Below are positions 18,994-29,471 of a DNA stretch of 64,000 nt, piece by piece (positions within the stretch are counted from its first letter, which is position 1; each line of letters opens with the position of its first letter). The notes beneath the pieces were generated by a model. That model was given only the letters and a program-made list of their open reading frames with translations. It did no database searches and was not told the origin of the DNA. The stretch spans positions 1,058-65,057 of the forward strand of contig REEA01000106.1 in assembly GCA_007695305.1 (NCBI GenBank), written 5' to 3'. The translations under genes and the position numbers were made by a program. This DNA is from Bacteroidia bacterium (GTDB lineage: Bacteria; Bacteroidota; Bacteroidia; Bacteroidales; UBA7960).

Positions 18994-20601
18994 CTATCTG
19001 TTTCTTCCACCGGAAGAGCGGCTGCTGCTGCTACTACCTGATGATCTTGTTGTACCCGAAGAACGGCTACTGCTTGAGCTGGGTGCAACAGTGCTCCTGG
19101 AAGGGGAGCTGTTTCTTGACGGTGCAGCTGTACTTCTGCTCGGCGGTGTTGATCTGGCCGGACTTGTTGTTGACCGGCTGGGTTGCCTGCTGGGTGGTGT
19201 ATAGCTGGGTCTTCCTCTGTCGGTCCGCGAAGGCTGGGCTTGCGGTCTCTGCGATGGAGGAGTTGCAGGTCTTGCAGTGGGTTGTGTTTGTGTATCCCTG
19301 CTGCTGGGAGCTGCTTCTTCCCTTGCCGGTCTGGTTTGCGTGGCAGGCCTTGTTCTCTGCGGTGTGCTGGGCTGCTGATAGCTGGGTGAGGTATAGGACC
19401 TGGGCATTGAATAATTGGTAGCGCGTCCCTGTTCACCGGATGATCTCTCGGGGCTGGCCTGCTCAGGCCTTGTGTATCTGTCTGATGCCGGCCTGGTGTA
19501 TTGCTCCCTTGATGGTGCACGATAGTCTTCTACTCTGCTGCCCGGCTGATATGCCTCTCCGCGCTCACGAACCTGTCCGGTTCTTGTATCGGTGGCTCTT
19601 TCCGGAGTCGTCGTCCGATCGGTTACTTCTCTTTGCGGAGCTTGTTCACGGGCTGTTGGCAATTCTGTGCTTGCAGCCGGTGTTTCTCTGGGAGAACCGG
19701 TAGTTTCCCTCGCTGAAGGTCTGTCATTTACTGCGAGTAATTGTCTTTTACCTTGATCATCACGGAAAGTTCTTTCTTCAAATGTTTCTGCAAAACTGCT
19801 TCTTCCGGTTGAATGTGTGCGTCCTGCTTCACCGCGCGTGGCTACAGTACCACCTGTTGTTCCGCGGGGGCCGTAATGATAAGCTGTGGTTTGATCAAAG
19901 CTGTTATAGTAATAATAATGGTATGGATAACCTCCCCAGCCCCAGTGACCGCCGTATCCGAAGCCGTACCCATAATAATAGGGGTGCCAGAATCCGGAAT
20001 GGTAACCTGCCCAGAAGCCATGGTGGTAACCTGCCCAGAAGCCATGGTGATAACCATACCATGGACGATGCCAATGATGATGACGCCAGAAATGTCTGTG
20101 ATGCCAGCTGAAATAGAAGGGGGTATATCCCCAGTAAATGCTCCAGCCAGAGAAAAATGGGTCGTAAGTGTACCAGAACATGTTGGTGAAAAACGGATCA
20201 TAATAGCCGAAACTTGCGTAAGGCCTGTGAAAGCGTCTGATTCTGGAAGCATACGAATAATCATAGTAGTCGCCATAATAATGATTATTGACGATCACGA
20301 TATTCCCGTCTTCATCGTAATAGTATGATGTGTCCGTTTGGGTAGCTTCTGCAGTTTCCTCATAGTGGTAGTAAGTGGCTCCGCTATTATAGGCAAAAGC
20401 TTCTTCCTGCTTTGTTTCATGTTCATGAACCACGTCAGCTACCCTGCCTTGGTTTTGCGCAGCTTGTGCTTCTGCACCACCTCTAATCACCTGAGGACTG
20501 TAATACACATCATCATGCTCGCTGGTGGTATAATAGGTTGTTGAACAACCCGCAACCACTAGTGCAAGTAAGATTCCCGTTAAATTAAGCAACATTTTCA
20601 T
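18994..20601 (-). CDS. Low-complexity lipoprotein with a His/Trp/Tyr/Gly-rich core and a Ser/Thr/Pro/Arg-rich tail
   Basis: The lipobox LLALVVAGC-S is present. The central region includes HHRHFWRHHHWHRPWYGYHHGFWAGYHHGFWAGYHSGFWHPYYYGYGFGYGGHWGWGGY. The ~270-aa C-terminal region is rich in PSR/STPR repeats. Confidence 0.7.
   Translation of the reverse strand: MKMLLNLTGILLALVVAGCSTTYYTTSEHDDVYYSPQVIRGGAEAQAAQNQGRVADVVHEHETKQEEAFAYNSGATYYHYEETAEATQTDTSYYYDEDGNIVIVNNHYYGDYYDYSYASRIRRFHRPYASFGYYDPFFTNMFWYTYDPFFSGWSIYWGYTPFYFSWHHRHFWRHHHWHRPWYGYHHGFWAGYHHGFWAGYHSGFWHPYYYGYGFGYGGHWGWGGYPYHYYYYNSFDQTTAYHYGPRGTTGGTVATRGEAGRTHSTGRSSFAETFEERTFRDDQGKRQLLAVNDRPSARETTGSPRETPAASTELPTAREQAPQREVTDRTTTPERATDTRTGQVRERGEAYQPGSRVEDYRAPSREQYTRPASDRYTRPEQASPERSSGEQGRATNYSMPRSYTSPSYQQPSTPQRTRPATQTRPAREEAAPSSRDTQTQPTARPATPPSQRPQAQPSRTDRGRPSYTPPSRQPSRSTTSPARSTPPSRSTAAPSRNSSPSRSTVAPSSSSSRSSGTTRSSGSSSSSRSSGGRNR
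20001..20048 (-). repeat. Perfect 24-bp tandem duplication inside the lipoprotein gene
   Basis: The unit ggtaacctgcccagaagccatggt occurs at 20001-20024 and again at 20025-20048. This creates the duplicated 8-residue period (YHHGFWAG) within GYHHGFWAGYHHGFWAGY. Confidence 0.95.
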
Positions 20602-20635
20602 GACTATTCCTCCTGGTTGTATATTTTGGTTTTTA

Positions 20636-20643
20636 CAAAGTTA
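20636..20643 (-). promoter_or_regulatory. Candidate -7 promoter box for the lipoprotein / FadL-like pair
   Basis: The minus strand reads TAACTTTG about 35 nt upstream of the ATG at 20601. Confidence 0.35.
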
Positions 20644-20723
20644 ATAACAATACTCTAGTTTTTTGTTAAATTTGCGCCTTTCAATCCAACAATTAAGATA
20701 CAAATACTATACCAAAAAGAGAT

Positions 20724-22199
20724 ATGGCCAAAGATTTTTCCACCAGAGAAGAGAATTATTCAAAATGGTACAATGACATTGTGCAGCGAGCGGGGCTGGC
20801 AGAAAATTCTGCCGTCAGGGGATGTATGGTTATAAAACCCTATGGGTATGCCATTTGGGAAAAAATGCAGGCAGCACTTGACAAGATGTTTAAGGACACC
20901 GGGCATGTCAATGCTTACTTCCCTTTATTTATACCAAAATCTTTTTTTAGTAAGGAGGCAGCCCATGTTGAGGGTTTTGCGAAAGAATGTGCGGTTGTGA
21001 CGCATTACCGCTTAAAAAATGCTCCAGATGGGAACGGTGTGGTTGTTGACGAGGATGCCAAACTGGAAGAAGAGCTGGTGATCCGCCCAACGTCCGAAAC
21101 CATCATTTGGGACACTTATCGTCAGTGGGTTCAGTCGTATCGCGATTTGCCCATCCTGGTTAATCAATGGGCCAATGTTGTTCGATGGGAAATGCGTACC
21201 AGAATGTTTTTACGTACTGCCGAATTTTTATGGCAGGAGGGACATACGGCACATGCCACTCAGCAGGAAGCTCTTGAGGAAACTTATAAAATGCTGGATG
21301 TTTATGCTGATTTTGCCGAAAACTATATGGCCATTCCCGTTCTGAAAGGGGTAAAGTCAGAAAACGAACGTTTTGCAGGGGCTGTTGAAACTTTCTGCAT
21401 TGAGGCTCTGATGCAGGATGGCAAGGCCTTGCAGGCCGGAACATCTCATTTCCTCGGGCAAAATTTTGCAAAAGCTTTTGATGTTAAGTTTGCCGGTAAA
21501 GAAGGAACCCTGGAGTATGTTTGGGCTACGTCATGGGGGGTGTCAACAAGGCTGGTGGGTGCATTAATCATGGCTCATTCAGACGACCATGGGCTGGTAC
21601 TGCCTCCGAAGCTTGCACCGATACAAACGGTAATTGTACCCATTTATAAAAACAAGGATCAATACGAAATGGTTTGTCAGAGAGCCCGGGAGATCAAGAC
21701 AATGATCGAAAACAGGGGTGTGCTTGTAAAGCTTGATGATCGTGATACCTATAAGCCGGGTTGGAAATTCAATGAGTATGAGTTTAAAGGTGTGCCGCTG
21801 CGAATTGCCGTAGGTCCCAGAGATTTGGAAAAGGGAACGGTTGAGATTGCACGCAGGGACACTTTGGAAAAACAGATTGTTTCGTTAGAAAATTTAGCTC
21901 AAACCGTTGAGCAACTGCTGGAAGATATTCAGCATAATCTGTTTCGCAGGGCATCTGAGTTCCGGAAAAACAATACACGTACAGCCGATACATGGGAAGA
22001 ATTCAAAGATATTCTGGACGACAAGGGAGGTTTTATAATGGCCCACTGGGATGGCACAGCAGAAACGGAGCAAAAGATCAAAGAAGAAACTAAGGCGACG
22101 ATCCGTTGTATCCCTTTGGATGACAATAAGGAAGAGGGAAACTGCGTTTATTCGGGGAAAACCTCGGAAAGACGTGTTGTTTTTGCAAGGGCATACTGA
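20724..22199 (+). CDS. proS: Proline--tRNA ligase (archaeal/eukaryotic-type architecture)
   Basis: The 491-aa class II aaRS starts [16 protein letters not shown] and lacks the bacterial insertion domain. Confidence 0.9.
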   Translation: MAKDFSTREENYSKWYNDIVQRAGLAENSAVRGCMVIKPYGYAIWEKMQAALDKMFKDTGHVNAYFPLFIPKSFFSKEAAHVEGFAKECAVVTHYRLKNAPDGNGVVVDEDAKLEEELVIRPTSETIIWDTYRQWVQSYRDLPILVNQWANVVRWEMRTRMFLRTAEFLWQEGHTAHATQQEALEETYKMLDVYADFAENYMAIPVLKGVKSENERFAGAVETFCIEALMQDGKALQAGTSHFLGQNFAKAFDVKFAGKEGTLEYVWATSWGVSTRLVGALIMAHSDDHGLVLPPKLAPIQTVIVPIYKNKDQYEMVCQRAREIKTMIENRGVLVKLDDRDTYKPGWKFNEYEFKGVPLRIAVGPRDLEKGTVEIARRDTLEKQIVSLENLAQTVEQLLEDIQHNLFRRASEFRKNNTRTADTWEEFKDILDDKGGFIMAHWDGTAETEQKIKEETKATIRCIPLDDNKEEGNCVYSGKTSERRVVFARAY

Positions 22200-22385
22200 C
22201 AATGGAATTGTTTGGTTTTATGCGGTTTGCACAATTGCTGAAAGCCCGGGGAGCTGACGTTTTTCTCGTATGTTGAACGGACCAGTTGTCAATAATTGCC
22301 GTTATTTGCCGTGAAATCGATATGTGTGCCCTCAAAAACAGGTTTTTGCACATAATATTTTTTAACAATTAACCAGATTGCGGGT

Positions 22386-22952
22386 ATGAAAAAAACAACG
22401 ATTGGCATAAAACAAATTGTTCTTGTTTGTTTTTTCATGCTTTCTCCGTTTTTTTTGTTGCCGGAGGTTGTCAGCAGGGATGATAATCGTATTTGGGACC
22501 GGTCTCGGGACGATTTTGAAAACATCTGGGCTGCACGTACCGATACATTATTGACAGACACACTACCGGCGGACAGTCTGCATACCGACACCTTGCCTTT
22601 TCTGCATCCATTGCGATGGGACAATGTGCACCAGGATGAAAAAATTTCCATGCTTTTGCATGCACACCGCAATGCTGTATCCCGGCAGCAAGGTGTGCCG
22701 GGATATCGGGTGCATTTGTATATGGATTCCGGTAATCGTGCACGGCTAAACACCCAGCGGGAACAGGCGGCGTTTGAAAAAAAATACCCGGATGTAAGGG
22801 CTTATATCGTTTACGAAGAACCCTATTTTAAGCTTCGGGTCGGTGATTTTCGCACAAGACTTGACGCCCGCAGATTTCTGGAAAAGATCCGGCGTGATTA
22901 TTCAGCTGCCTATATTGTGGTTGATATGATCAATTTCCCGGAAATGGACTAA
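22386..22952 (+). CDS. SPOR domain-containing protein
   Basis: It has an N-terminal signal/transmembrane segment and a C-terminal SPOR-like region (GYRVHLYMDSGNRARL...YFKLRVGDFRTRLDARRFLEKI). Confidence 0.7.
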   Translation: MKKTTIGIKQIVLVCFFMLSPFFLLPEVVSRDDNRIWDRSRDDFENIWAARTDTLLTDTLPADSLHTDTLPFLHPLRWDNVHQDEKISMLLHAHRNAVSRQQGVPGYRVHLYMDSGNRARLNTQREQAAFEKKYPDVRAYIVYEEPYFKLRVGDFRTRLDARRFLEKIRRDYSAAYIVVDMINFPEMD

Positions 22953-24028
22953 TTCCTGTCCAATGCATTCAGGTCTTCGAAGGCCTGTTTTAGCCGGTCA
23001 CGCATGCTCTCTTCACCTTTTCGCAGCCAAGCCCTGGGGTCATAATACTTTTTGTTTGGCTTGTCATCACCATCTGGGTTGCCGATCTGCTCTTGCAGAT
23101 AACCTTCATTCTTCCGGTAAAAATCTTTCACACCTTTCCAGAATGCCCATTGTGTATCTGTATCGATGTTCATTTTGATGACACCATAGGAAATACCTTC
23201 ACGGATTTCTTCCCTGCTTGAACCGCTTCCTCCGTGAAAAACAAAGTTTACGGGATTGTCACCAGTGCCAAACTCTTCTCTGATATGGTGTTGGGAGTTT
23301 TTCAGAATAACCGGCTGCAGTATGACATTCCCAGGTTTGTAAACCCCGTGAACGTTTCCGAAAGCGGCTGCAATGGTAAAATTGGGTGACACATCCATCA
23401 GTGATTTGTACATATCGGCAACTTCTTCCGGTTGTGTGTACAACTTGGAGCTGTCGATGCCGGTATTGTCAACACCGTCTTCTTCACCTCCGGTTACACC
23501 CAGTTCCACTTCCAGCGACATGCCAATTTTGCTCATTCTTGCCAGGTATTTTTTGCTGATGGAAATATTGTCTTCTAATGTTTCTTCCGATAAATCCAGC
23601 ATATGGGAGCTGAAAAGCGGCTTTCCTGTTTGTTTAAAATGTTCTTCACCTGCATCCAGTAATCCGTCAATCCAGGGGAGTAGTTTTTTTGCAGCATGAT
23701 CGGTATGAAGGATCACCCTTACTCCGTACTCTTTGGCCATACGGTGTGTATGGTATGCTCCGGATATGGCGCCCGCGATTGCCGCACGCTGGTTGTCATT
23801 TGATAATGACTTGCCGGCAAAAAAATGGGCTCCACCATTGGAGAACTGAATGATTACCGGAGAGTTAAAATCTCTCGCGGCTTCCAATACCGTGTTTACC
23901 GAGTTGGTCCCGATCACATTAATAGCCGGCAAAGCAAACTGGTTTTCTTTTGCAATCCGGTATACTTCCTGTACGTCATTGCCTGATAAAACACCAGGCT
24001 CAATGTGGTTCATTAATTTAGCTGCCAT
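22949..24028 (-). CDS. fba: Class II fructose-bisphosphate aldolase
   Basis: The 359-aa protein has a long-form class II FBA sequence (HTDHAAK, FHGGSGS, GVIKMNIDTD). Confidence 0.9.
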   Translation of the reverse strand: MAAKLMNHIEPGVLSGNDVQEVYRIAKENQFALPAINVIGTNSVNTVLEAARDFNSPVIIQFSNGGAHFFAGKSLSNDNQRAAIAGAISGAYHTHRMAKEYGVRVILHTDHAAKKLLPWIDGLLDAGEEHFKQTGKPLFSSHMLDLSEETLEDNISISKKYLARMSKIGMSLEVELGVTGGEEDGVDNTGIDSSKLYTQPEEVADMYKSLMDVSPNFTIAAAFGNVHGVYKPGNVILQPVILKNSQHHIREEFGTGDNPVNFVFHGGSGSSREEIREGISYGVIKMNIDTDTQWAFWKGVKDFYRKNEGYLQEQIGNPDGDDKPNKKYYDPRAWLRKGEESMRDRLKQAFEDLNALDRN

Positions 24029-24252
24029 AACACTTTACATTTCTTTTTTAATGAGTTTCTTTGGTTTGGATGTCGATCCATGGCATTCAGGATACCCACC
24101 CTGAAACCATGCTTTTGTATTGGGTGATTTTGTAAGACATCCTTTTCACATCTCAAAATTAAGAAAATAAAACATAATTTTGTGTTTTACCCACAAATTG
24201 GCATTGCACCAAAGCAAAACGTGCAAGATGTGGCTGATAAATACGCATTGTT

Positions 24253-25374
24253 TTGAAAATTGCAATAAATACGCGTTTGTTGTTGCCCGGTAAGCTTGAA
24301 GGCATTGGCTGGTTCACTTTTCAAAGTTTCAAGCGGATCGTGAAGGCTCATCCGGAACACAGGTTTTATTTTCTTTTTGACAGGAAACACAATAAGGAGT
24401 TTGTTTTTGCCGATAATATTGTGCCTGTAGAGCTATTCCCTCCTGCAAGGCATCCATTCCTGTATTATGTTTATTTTGAACATGTGGTGTCGAGGTATTT
24501 GCGAAAGGAAGGCATTGATTTGTTTGTGTCGCCGGATGGCTTTCTGGCCGGCCATTTTGATGGAGCCCAGTTGCCGGTTTTTCATGACCTGAACTTTATG
24601 CACCAACCGCAGTTTATTCCATGGTTGACGCGCAAGTATTACCATTATTATTTTCCCAGGTATGCAGGTATGGCAAAAAGGATTGCCACCGTTTCCGAAT
24701 ACTCAAAAAAGGATATTGAACAAACTTTTTCCTACCCTGCGGAGAGAATTGATGTAGTATATAATGGAATTCACTCATTTTTAGGCCCTGCAGAAAAAGA
24801 AACGGCTCGTGCCGTGCGAGATGAGCTTTGTAATGGTGCACCCTATTTCGTTTACATTGGAGCTTTGCACCGACGCAAAAACATTGACGGGCTGCTTCGG
24901 GCATTTGATTTGTTTAAAAGCAATAATCAGTTATCGCATAAGTTGGTTATAATAGGGGCAACCATGTTTGGATCCGGTGACCTGAAAAAAGCTTACCGGA
25001 GCATGCAACACCAAAGCGATGTTGTTTTTGCGGGTCGCAAAGATGACAAAGCTGTCCGTGATATCCTCGGATCGGCCGATGCCTTGTTGCTGGTGTCACA
25101 TTTTGAAGGTTTCGGTGTTCCCATTATTGAAGCCATGAAGTGTGAGGTACCGGTGATTGCTTCGGATGTTACCAGTATGCCGGAAGTTGCAGGAGATGCC
25201 GCTTTGCTTGTTGATCCATTGTCCATTGAGCAAATTGCCGGGGCCATGAGCCGCATCATACAGGATCATTCATTGCGCAATGTATTGATCGAGCGGGGTC
25301 GCAAACAGTGCCGGAAGTTCTCATGGGATCTGACAGCAAAGCGATTATGGGAAAGTATGGAGAAATGTTTGTAG
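24253..25374 (+). CDS. Glycosyltransferase (GT4 / Glycos_transf_1 type)
   Basis: It has a C-terminal GT-B motif (HFEGFGVPIIEAMKCEVPVIAS). The apparent start is a TTG, giving MKIAINTRLL. Confidence 0.8.
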   Translation: MKIAINTRLLLPGKLEGIGWFTFQSFKRIVKAHPEHRFYFLFDRKHNKEFVFADNIVPVELFPPARHPFLYYVYFEHVVSRYLRKEGIDLFVSPDGFLAGHFDGAQLPVFHDLNFMHQPQFIPWLTRKYYHYYFPRYAGMAKRIATVSEYSKKDIEQTFSYPAERIDVVYNGIHSFLGPAEKETARAVRDELCNGAPYFVYIGALHRRKNIDGLLRAFDLFKSNNQLSHKLVIIGATMFGSGDLKKAYRSMQHQSDVVFAGRKDDKAVRDILGSADALLLVSHFEGFGVPIIEAMKCEVPVIASDVTSMPEVAGDAALLVDPLSIEQIAGAMSRIIQDHSLRNVLIERGRKQCRKFSWDLTAKRLWESMEKCL

Positions 25375-25545
25375 CTGTCGTACGATTCCAAAATTGATTG
25401 TATTTTTGCAAGCCCCGGTTAACCGGGCATCATAAAAACCCTAAGCTGACAGAGGATTTGTCTGTAGATAGTTTGCAGTGCAATTGTCCATACCGCATTG
25501 GTTGACAGGAAGCTTATTCAACTGCTTACTTCAGGGTTTACGTTA

Positions 25546-25553
25546 TATGTTTG
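25546..25553 (+). promoter_or_regulatory. Candidate -7 promoter box for asnS
   Basis: The sequence tatgtttg lies about 55 nt upstream of the ATG at 25608. Confidence 0.3.
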
Positions 25554-25607
25554 AATGGGAAACAGGGCAATTGTGCTTGTTTACCTTTCTTTTAAAGGAG
25601 CTTTCAT

Positions 25608-27017
25608 ATGAAACATATCAAAAGACAAAGAATATATGATCTGTTGAAAAAAGATCATTCCCATTTGCTGGGAGAGGAGATCAATGTGAAAGGCTGGGTC
25701 CGCACCCGCAGAGGAAATAAAAATGTTGCCTTTATTGCATTGAATGATGGGTCAATTATTCATAATATTCAAATTGTTGTGGATGTCAAGGCTTTTGGTC
25801 AGGATGAATTGCTTCGGGCAATTACCACCGGTTCATGCATTTCGGCCAACGGTTTGCTGGTACAATCCCAGGGGAAGGGACAGACCCTTGAAATACAAGC
25901 TTCTGACATTAAACTATATGGAACTGCCGATCCGGAGAAGTATCCATTGCAGAAAAAGGGTCATACCCTTGAGTTTTTGCGTGAAATAGCTCACCTCAGA
26001 CCCCGAACCAACACATTTGGAGCCATTTTCCGCATTCGTCATGCATTATCCTTTGCCATTCATAAGTTTTTTGATGAGCACGGGTTCTACTATTTACATA
26101 CACCCATTATCACCGGTTCTGATGCAGAAGGTGCCGGAGCAATGTTCCGTGTTACCACGCTTGATCCAAAACATCCGCCATTGACAGCAGCAGGGGAGGT
26201 TGATTTCAGCAAGGATTTCTTCGGAAAAGAGACCAACCTCACCGTTTCAGGTCAGCTAGAAGGAGAGTTGGGAGCACTTGCTTTGTCAAATATTTATACT
26301 TTCGGACCCACCTTCAGGGCTGAAAACTCTAACACTTCCCGCCACTTGTCTGAGTTTTGGATGATTGAGCCGGAGATGGCTTTTTATGACATCCATGACA
26401 ATATGGACCTCGCCGAATCATTTCTGAAATATCTCATAAGATATTTGCTTGAACACTGTGAAGACGATCTGGCCTTTTTGCAAAAAATGTATGATGAAGA
26501 GCTTACAGACAGGCTCAGCATGATTATTGACAACGCATTTGTCCGGATAACCTATACCGAAGCCATTAATATTCTGGAGCAGTCGGGACAGCGTTTTGAG
26601 TTCCCTGTTGAATGGGGGGTAGATCTACAGTCTGAGCACGAGCGTTATCTTGTGGAGCAGGAATTCAGGAAGCCGGTTATTTTGACGGATTATCCCCGAA
26701 GCATAAAAGCTTTTTACATGAAGCTGAATGATGATGGGAAAACGGTTCGTGCCATGGATGTTTTGTTCCCGAAAATTGGCGAGATTGTTGGAGGTTCGCA
26801 GCGTGAAGAGGATTATGAAAAGCTATATGGTCGTATCAAAGAGATGGGGATTGAGGAGGGGGATGTGTGGTGGTACCTGGAAACCAGAAAGTTCGGCACG
26901 GCCCCCCACAGTGGTTTTGGGCTTGGCTTTGAAAGGTTGATGCTGTTTGTGACCGGGATGGGCAATATACGTGATGTGATTCCTTTTCCGAGGGCACCAC
27001 AGAATGCCGACTTTTAA
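25608..27017 (+). CDS. asnS: Asparagine--tRNA ligase
   Basis: The 469-aa class IIb aaRS has the motifs [21 protein letters not shown] and GFGLGFERL. Confidence 0.9.
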   Translation: MKHIKRQRIYDLLKKDHSHLLGEEINVKGWVRTRRGNKNVAFIALNDGSIIHNIQIVVDVKAFGQDELLRAITTGSCISANGLLVQSQGKGQTLEIQASDIKLYGTADPEKYPLQKKGHTLEFLREIAHLRPRTNTFGAIFRIRHALSFAIHKFFDEHGFYYLHTPIITGSDAEGAGAMFRVTTLDPKHPPLTAAGEVDFSKDFFGKETNLTVSGQLEGELGALALSNIYTFGPTFRAENSNTSRHLSEFWMIEPEMAFYDIHDNMDLAESFLKYLIRYLLEHCEDDLAFLQKMYDEELTDRLSMIIDNAFVRITYTEAINILEQSGQRFEFPVEWGVDLQSEHERYLVEQEFRKPVILTDYPRSIKAFYMKLNDDGKTVRAMDVLFPKIGEIVGGSQREEDYEKLYGRIKEMGIEEGDVWWYLETRKFGTAPHSGFGLGFERLMLFVTGMGNIRDVIPFPRAPQNADF

Positions 27018-27096
27018 CATCGCATCAAAGCTTTGGCTACATAGTAAGCAGTAATTTTAATAATATGTTGTTCCATTTTTTTTGGTTTCTTTTTTA

Positions 27097-27104
27097 TATC
27101 TTTG
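27097..27104 (+). promoter_or_regulatory. Candidate -7 promoter box for rpoN
   Basis: The sequence tatctttg lies about 70 nt upstream of the ATG at 27173. Confidence 0.3.
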
Positions 27105-27172
27105 ATTACAGGCTAACAGAGTGGCAAGTTCGCGTAAAGAAAAACGTTCAAATAAGATAAAGATTTGATACT

Positions 27173-28669
27173 ATGCTCAAACAGAGGCTACAGCAAAAAC
27201 TATTGCAAAAGTTGTCTCCTCAGCAGATTCAGCTCATGAAACTGCTGCAGGTTCCTGCTCTCTTGCTGGATCAGCGTATCAAACAGGAAATTGAGGAAAA
27301 CCCTGCTCTTGAAGAGGGGGAAGAGTTGTATGAAGACTTGGATTTACAGGACAACAACAATGATGAATATGATAGTGCGATGGAGACTGGCGATGACCAG
27401 GATGTAGCTGACGCAGAGCAAAAGGCTGATGATGAGTTTAATTTGGATGACTATATTCATGATGACGAAATTCCTGATTATCGATTGCATGTGAATAATA
27501 CTTCGGCGGATGACGAGATAAGGGAAGTGCCATTTATTGCCGGCTCAAGTCCACAGGAGGTATTATTGGCACAGTTAGGGTGGCGTGATGTTAATGACCG
27601 GGAGTATTTGATCGCATCCCATATCATTGGCAATATTGATGAAGCAGGCTATCTTCAACGGGATATTCACTCACTGATAGATGATCTTGCCTTTAACCAT
27701 AACATTAAAACAGATTTTACTGAAGTTTTAGATTTGCTTCGATTGATACAGGAGTTTGATCCACCCGGTGTGGGGGCAAGGGACTTACGGGAGTGTTTGT
27801 TGCTACAGATCAAGAGAAAACAACCGGTAACCCGGCAAATTGAACATGCCCGAGTCATCCTTGACAAAAACTTCAACGACTTCACAAAGAAGCATTATGA
27901 CAAGATCAGAAAGAAACATAATCTGACAGAAGCGGATTTAAAGCAGGCCGTGGAGGAGATTCTGAAACTAAATCCGAAACCGGGGAATTCACTCATGGAA
28001 TCAGGAAAGGGTGCTCAATATGTGGTTCCTGATTTTATTGTTACCCACGCTGACGGTGATCTGGAACTTTCCCTGAACGCCCATAATGCTCCCGATTTGC
28101 GAATCAACAGAACATATTCCGAAATGTTCAGGACCATGGCTGAATCAAAAGGGAAGGTGGATTCAAGGCAACGTGAGGCTCTGAGTTTTGTAAAACAAAA
28201 GATTGACAGTGCCAAATGGTTTATAGATGCCATCAAACAAAGGCAAAACACCTTGATGATAACCATGCAGGCCATTTTGGAGTTTCAGAAAGAGTATTTT
28301 ATTACAGGCGATGAAACCAAACTTCGTCCTATGATCCTTAAGGATATAGCCGATATGGTTCAACTTGATATTTCCACTATATCCCGTGTTGCCAACAGCA
28401 AGTATGTGCAAACACCCTTTGGCACCTTCCTGCTCAAGGAGTTCTTTTCTGAATCTTTACAAACAGATTCAGGGGAGGAAGTGTCAACCCGGGAGGTGAA
28501 AAAAATCCTGCATGACTGTATTGATGCCGAAAACAAGAAAAAACCCCTTACAGACGAAGAGTTGGCCGGTATTTTAAAGGATAAAGGATACAATATTGCC
28601 AGACGAACAGTTGCCAAGTATCGTGAGCAGCTTGATATACCGGTTGCCAGATTGAGAAAGGAGCTTTGA
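27173..28669 (+). CDS. rpoN: RNA polymerase sigma-54 factor
   Basis: It has the Gln/Leu-rich region I (LQQKLLQKLSPQQIQLMKLLQ), an acidic region II, and the C-terminal RpoN box ARRTVAKYR. Confidence 0.9.
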   Translation: MLKQRLQQKLLQKLSPQQIQLMKLLQVPALLLDQRIKQEIEENPALEEGEELYEDLDLQDNNNDEYDSAMETGDDQDVADAEQKADDEFNLDDYIHDDEIPDYRLHVNNTSADDEIREVPFIAGSSPQEVLLAQLGWRDVNDREYLIASHIIGNIDEAGYLQRDIHSLIDDLAFNHNIKTDFTEVLDLLRLIQEFDPPGVGARDLRECLLLQIKRKQPVTRQIEHARVILDKNFNDFTKKHYDKIRKKHNLTEADLKQAVEEILKLNPKPGNSLMESGKGAQYVVPDFIVTHADGDLELSLNAHNAPDLRINRTYSEMFRTMAESKGKVDSRQREALSFVKQKIDSAKWFIDAIKQRQNTLMITMQAILEFQKEYFITGDETKLRPMILKDIADMVQLDISTISRVANSKYVQTPFGTFLLKEFFSESLQTDSGEEVSTREVKKILHDCIDAENKKKPLTDEELAGILKDKGYNIARRTVAKYREQLDIPVARLRKEL

Positions 28670-28670
28670 A

Positions 28671-29297
28671 GTGATACGTGCTGAATACTTTTTTGCCCGT
28701 GTGTTTTCAACCTTGTTTCATCCCTTGCTTATCCCCACACTGGGTATTTTTCTGCTTTTCAAAATGAGTTCTCACATTAGCTTTTCAATAAGTGATGAGG
28801 CCAGAAGGTTCATTATGATCATCGTATTTATTAACACAGCTATTGCGCCCGTGTTGTCGATACTGATTCTGAAAAGAACCGGTTATATAAATAACTATTT
28901 GCTGCTTGACAGGGCAGAGCGGGTTTTCCCACTGGTGATCGCCTCTTTTATGTTTTTTATGACATACTATCTTTTACGCCAGCTTTCCCTGCCCAGTTTG
29001 TTATACTTTTATATCATGGGCGCCACACTGCTGGTAGTTGCCACGCTGATTGTTTCCTTTTTCTGGAAAATCAGTATTCACATGGTGTCACTGGGAGGCT
29101 TAACAGGCTTTTTGATCGTGTTGTCACTTTTATTACATAACGAAATCTCTTCCCTGATAGCTTTGGCTATCATTTTTTCCGGATTCACCGGAACATCGCG
29201 CATATATCTGAAAGCCCATTCACCTGCGCAGGTTTACGTTGGATATCTGCTGGGCGCGTTGGTTATGATCCTGTTGTTCCTGTACCTTAGAAATTGA
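28671..29297 (+). CDS. Integral membrane protein, weakly PAP2-like
   Basis: There are about six predicted transmembrane segments. A C-terminal SRIYLKAHSPAQV resembles the PAP2 motif SRx5Hx3D, but the other PAP2 motifs are unclear. A GTG start lies 1 nt after the rpoN stop. Confidence 0.4.
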   Translation: MIRAEYFFARVFSTLFHPLLIPTLGIFLLFKMSSHISFSISDEARRFIMIIVFINTAIAPVLSILILKRTGYINNYLLLDRAERVFPLVIASFMFFMTYYLLRQLSLPSLLYFYIMGATLLVVATLIVSFFWKISIHMVSLGGLTGFLIVLSLLLHNEISSLIALAIIFSGFTGTSRIYLKAHSPAQVYVGYLLGALVMILLFLYLRN

Positions 29298-29471
29298 CAG
29301 GCATTTTCAAAAGGGGTTGTGCCATTGGTTTACAGCCCATAAGAGAATACTGTATCCATAAGGAAAAGGGTCAACATTCGGGTTTTCCATTATTCTGATA
29401 GCATGCAGGCTTGATTATGCTTTTCATGGTAACGCATTTGCCCGGCGGCTAAATACTGGTAATTGCCGGTG

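Noticed and set aside
20001-20048. A tandem repeat considered as a possible CRISPR or minisatellite array
   Set aside because: There are only two units, no spacers, and the repeat is in-frame within a coding sequence. It is reported instead as an intragenic duplication.
18984-20328. Multiple long ORFs on both strands (for example 18984-19520 minus, 19041-19421 plus, 19813-20328 plus, 19842-20276 minus)
   Set aside because: All lie within the low-complexity lipoprotein gene. Its biased codon composition removes stop codons in several frames. Only the 18994-20601 frame has a signal peptide/lipobox and a promoter-like box.
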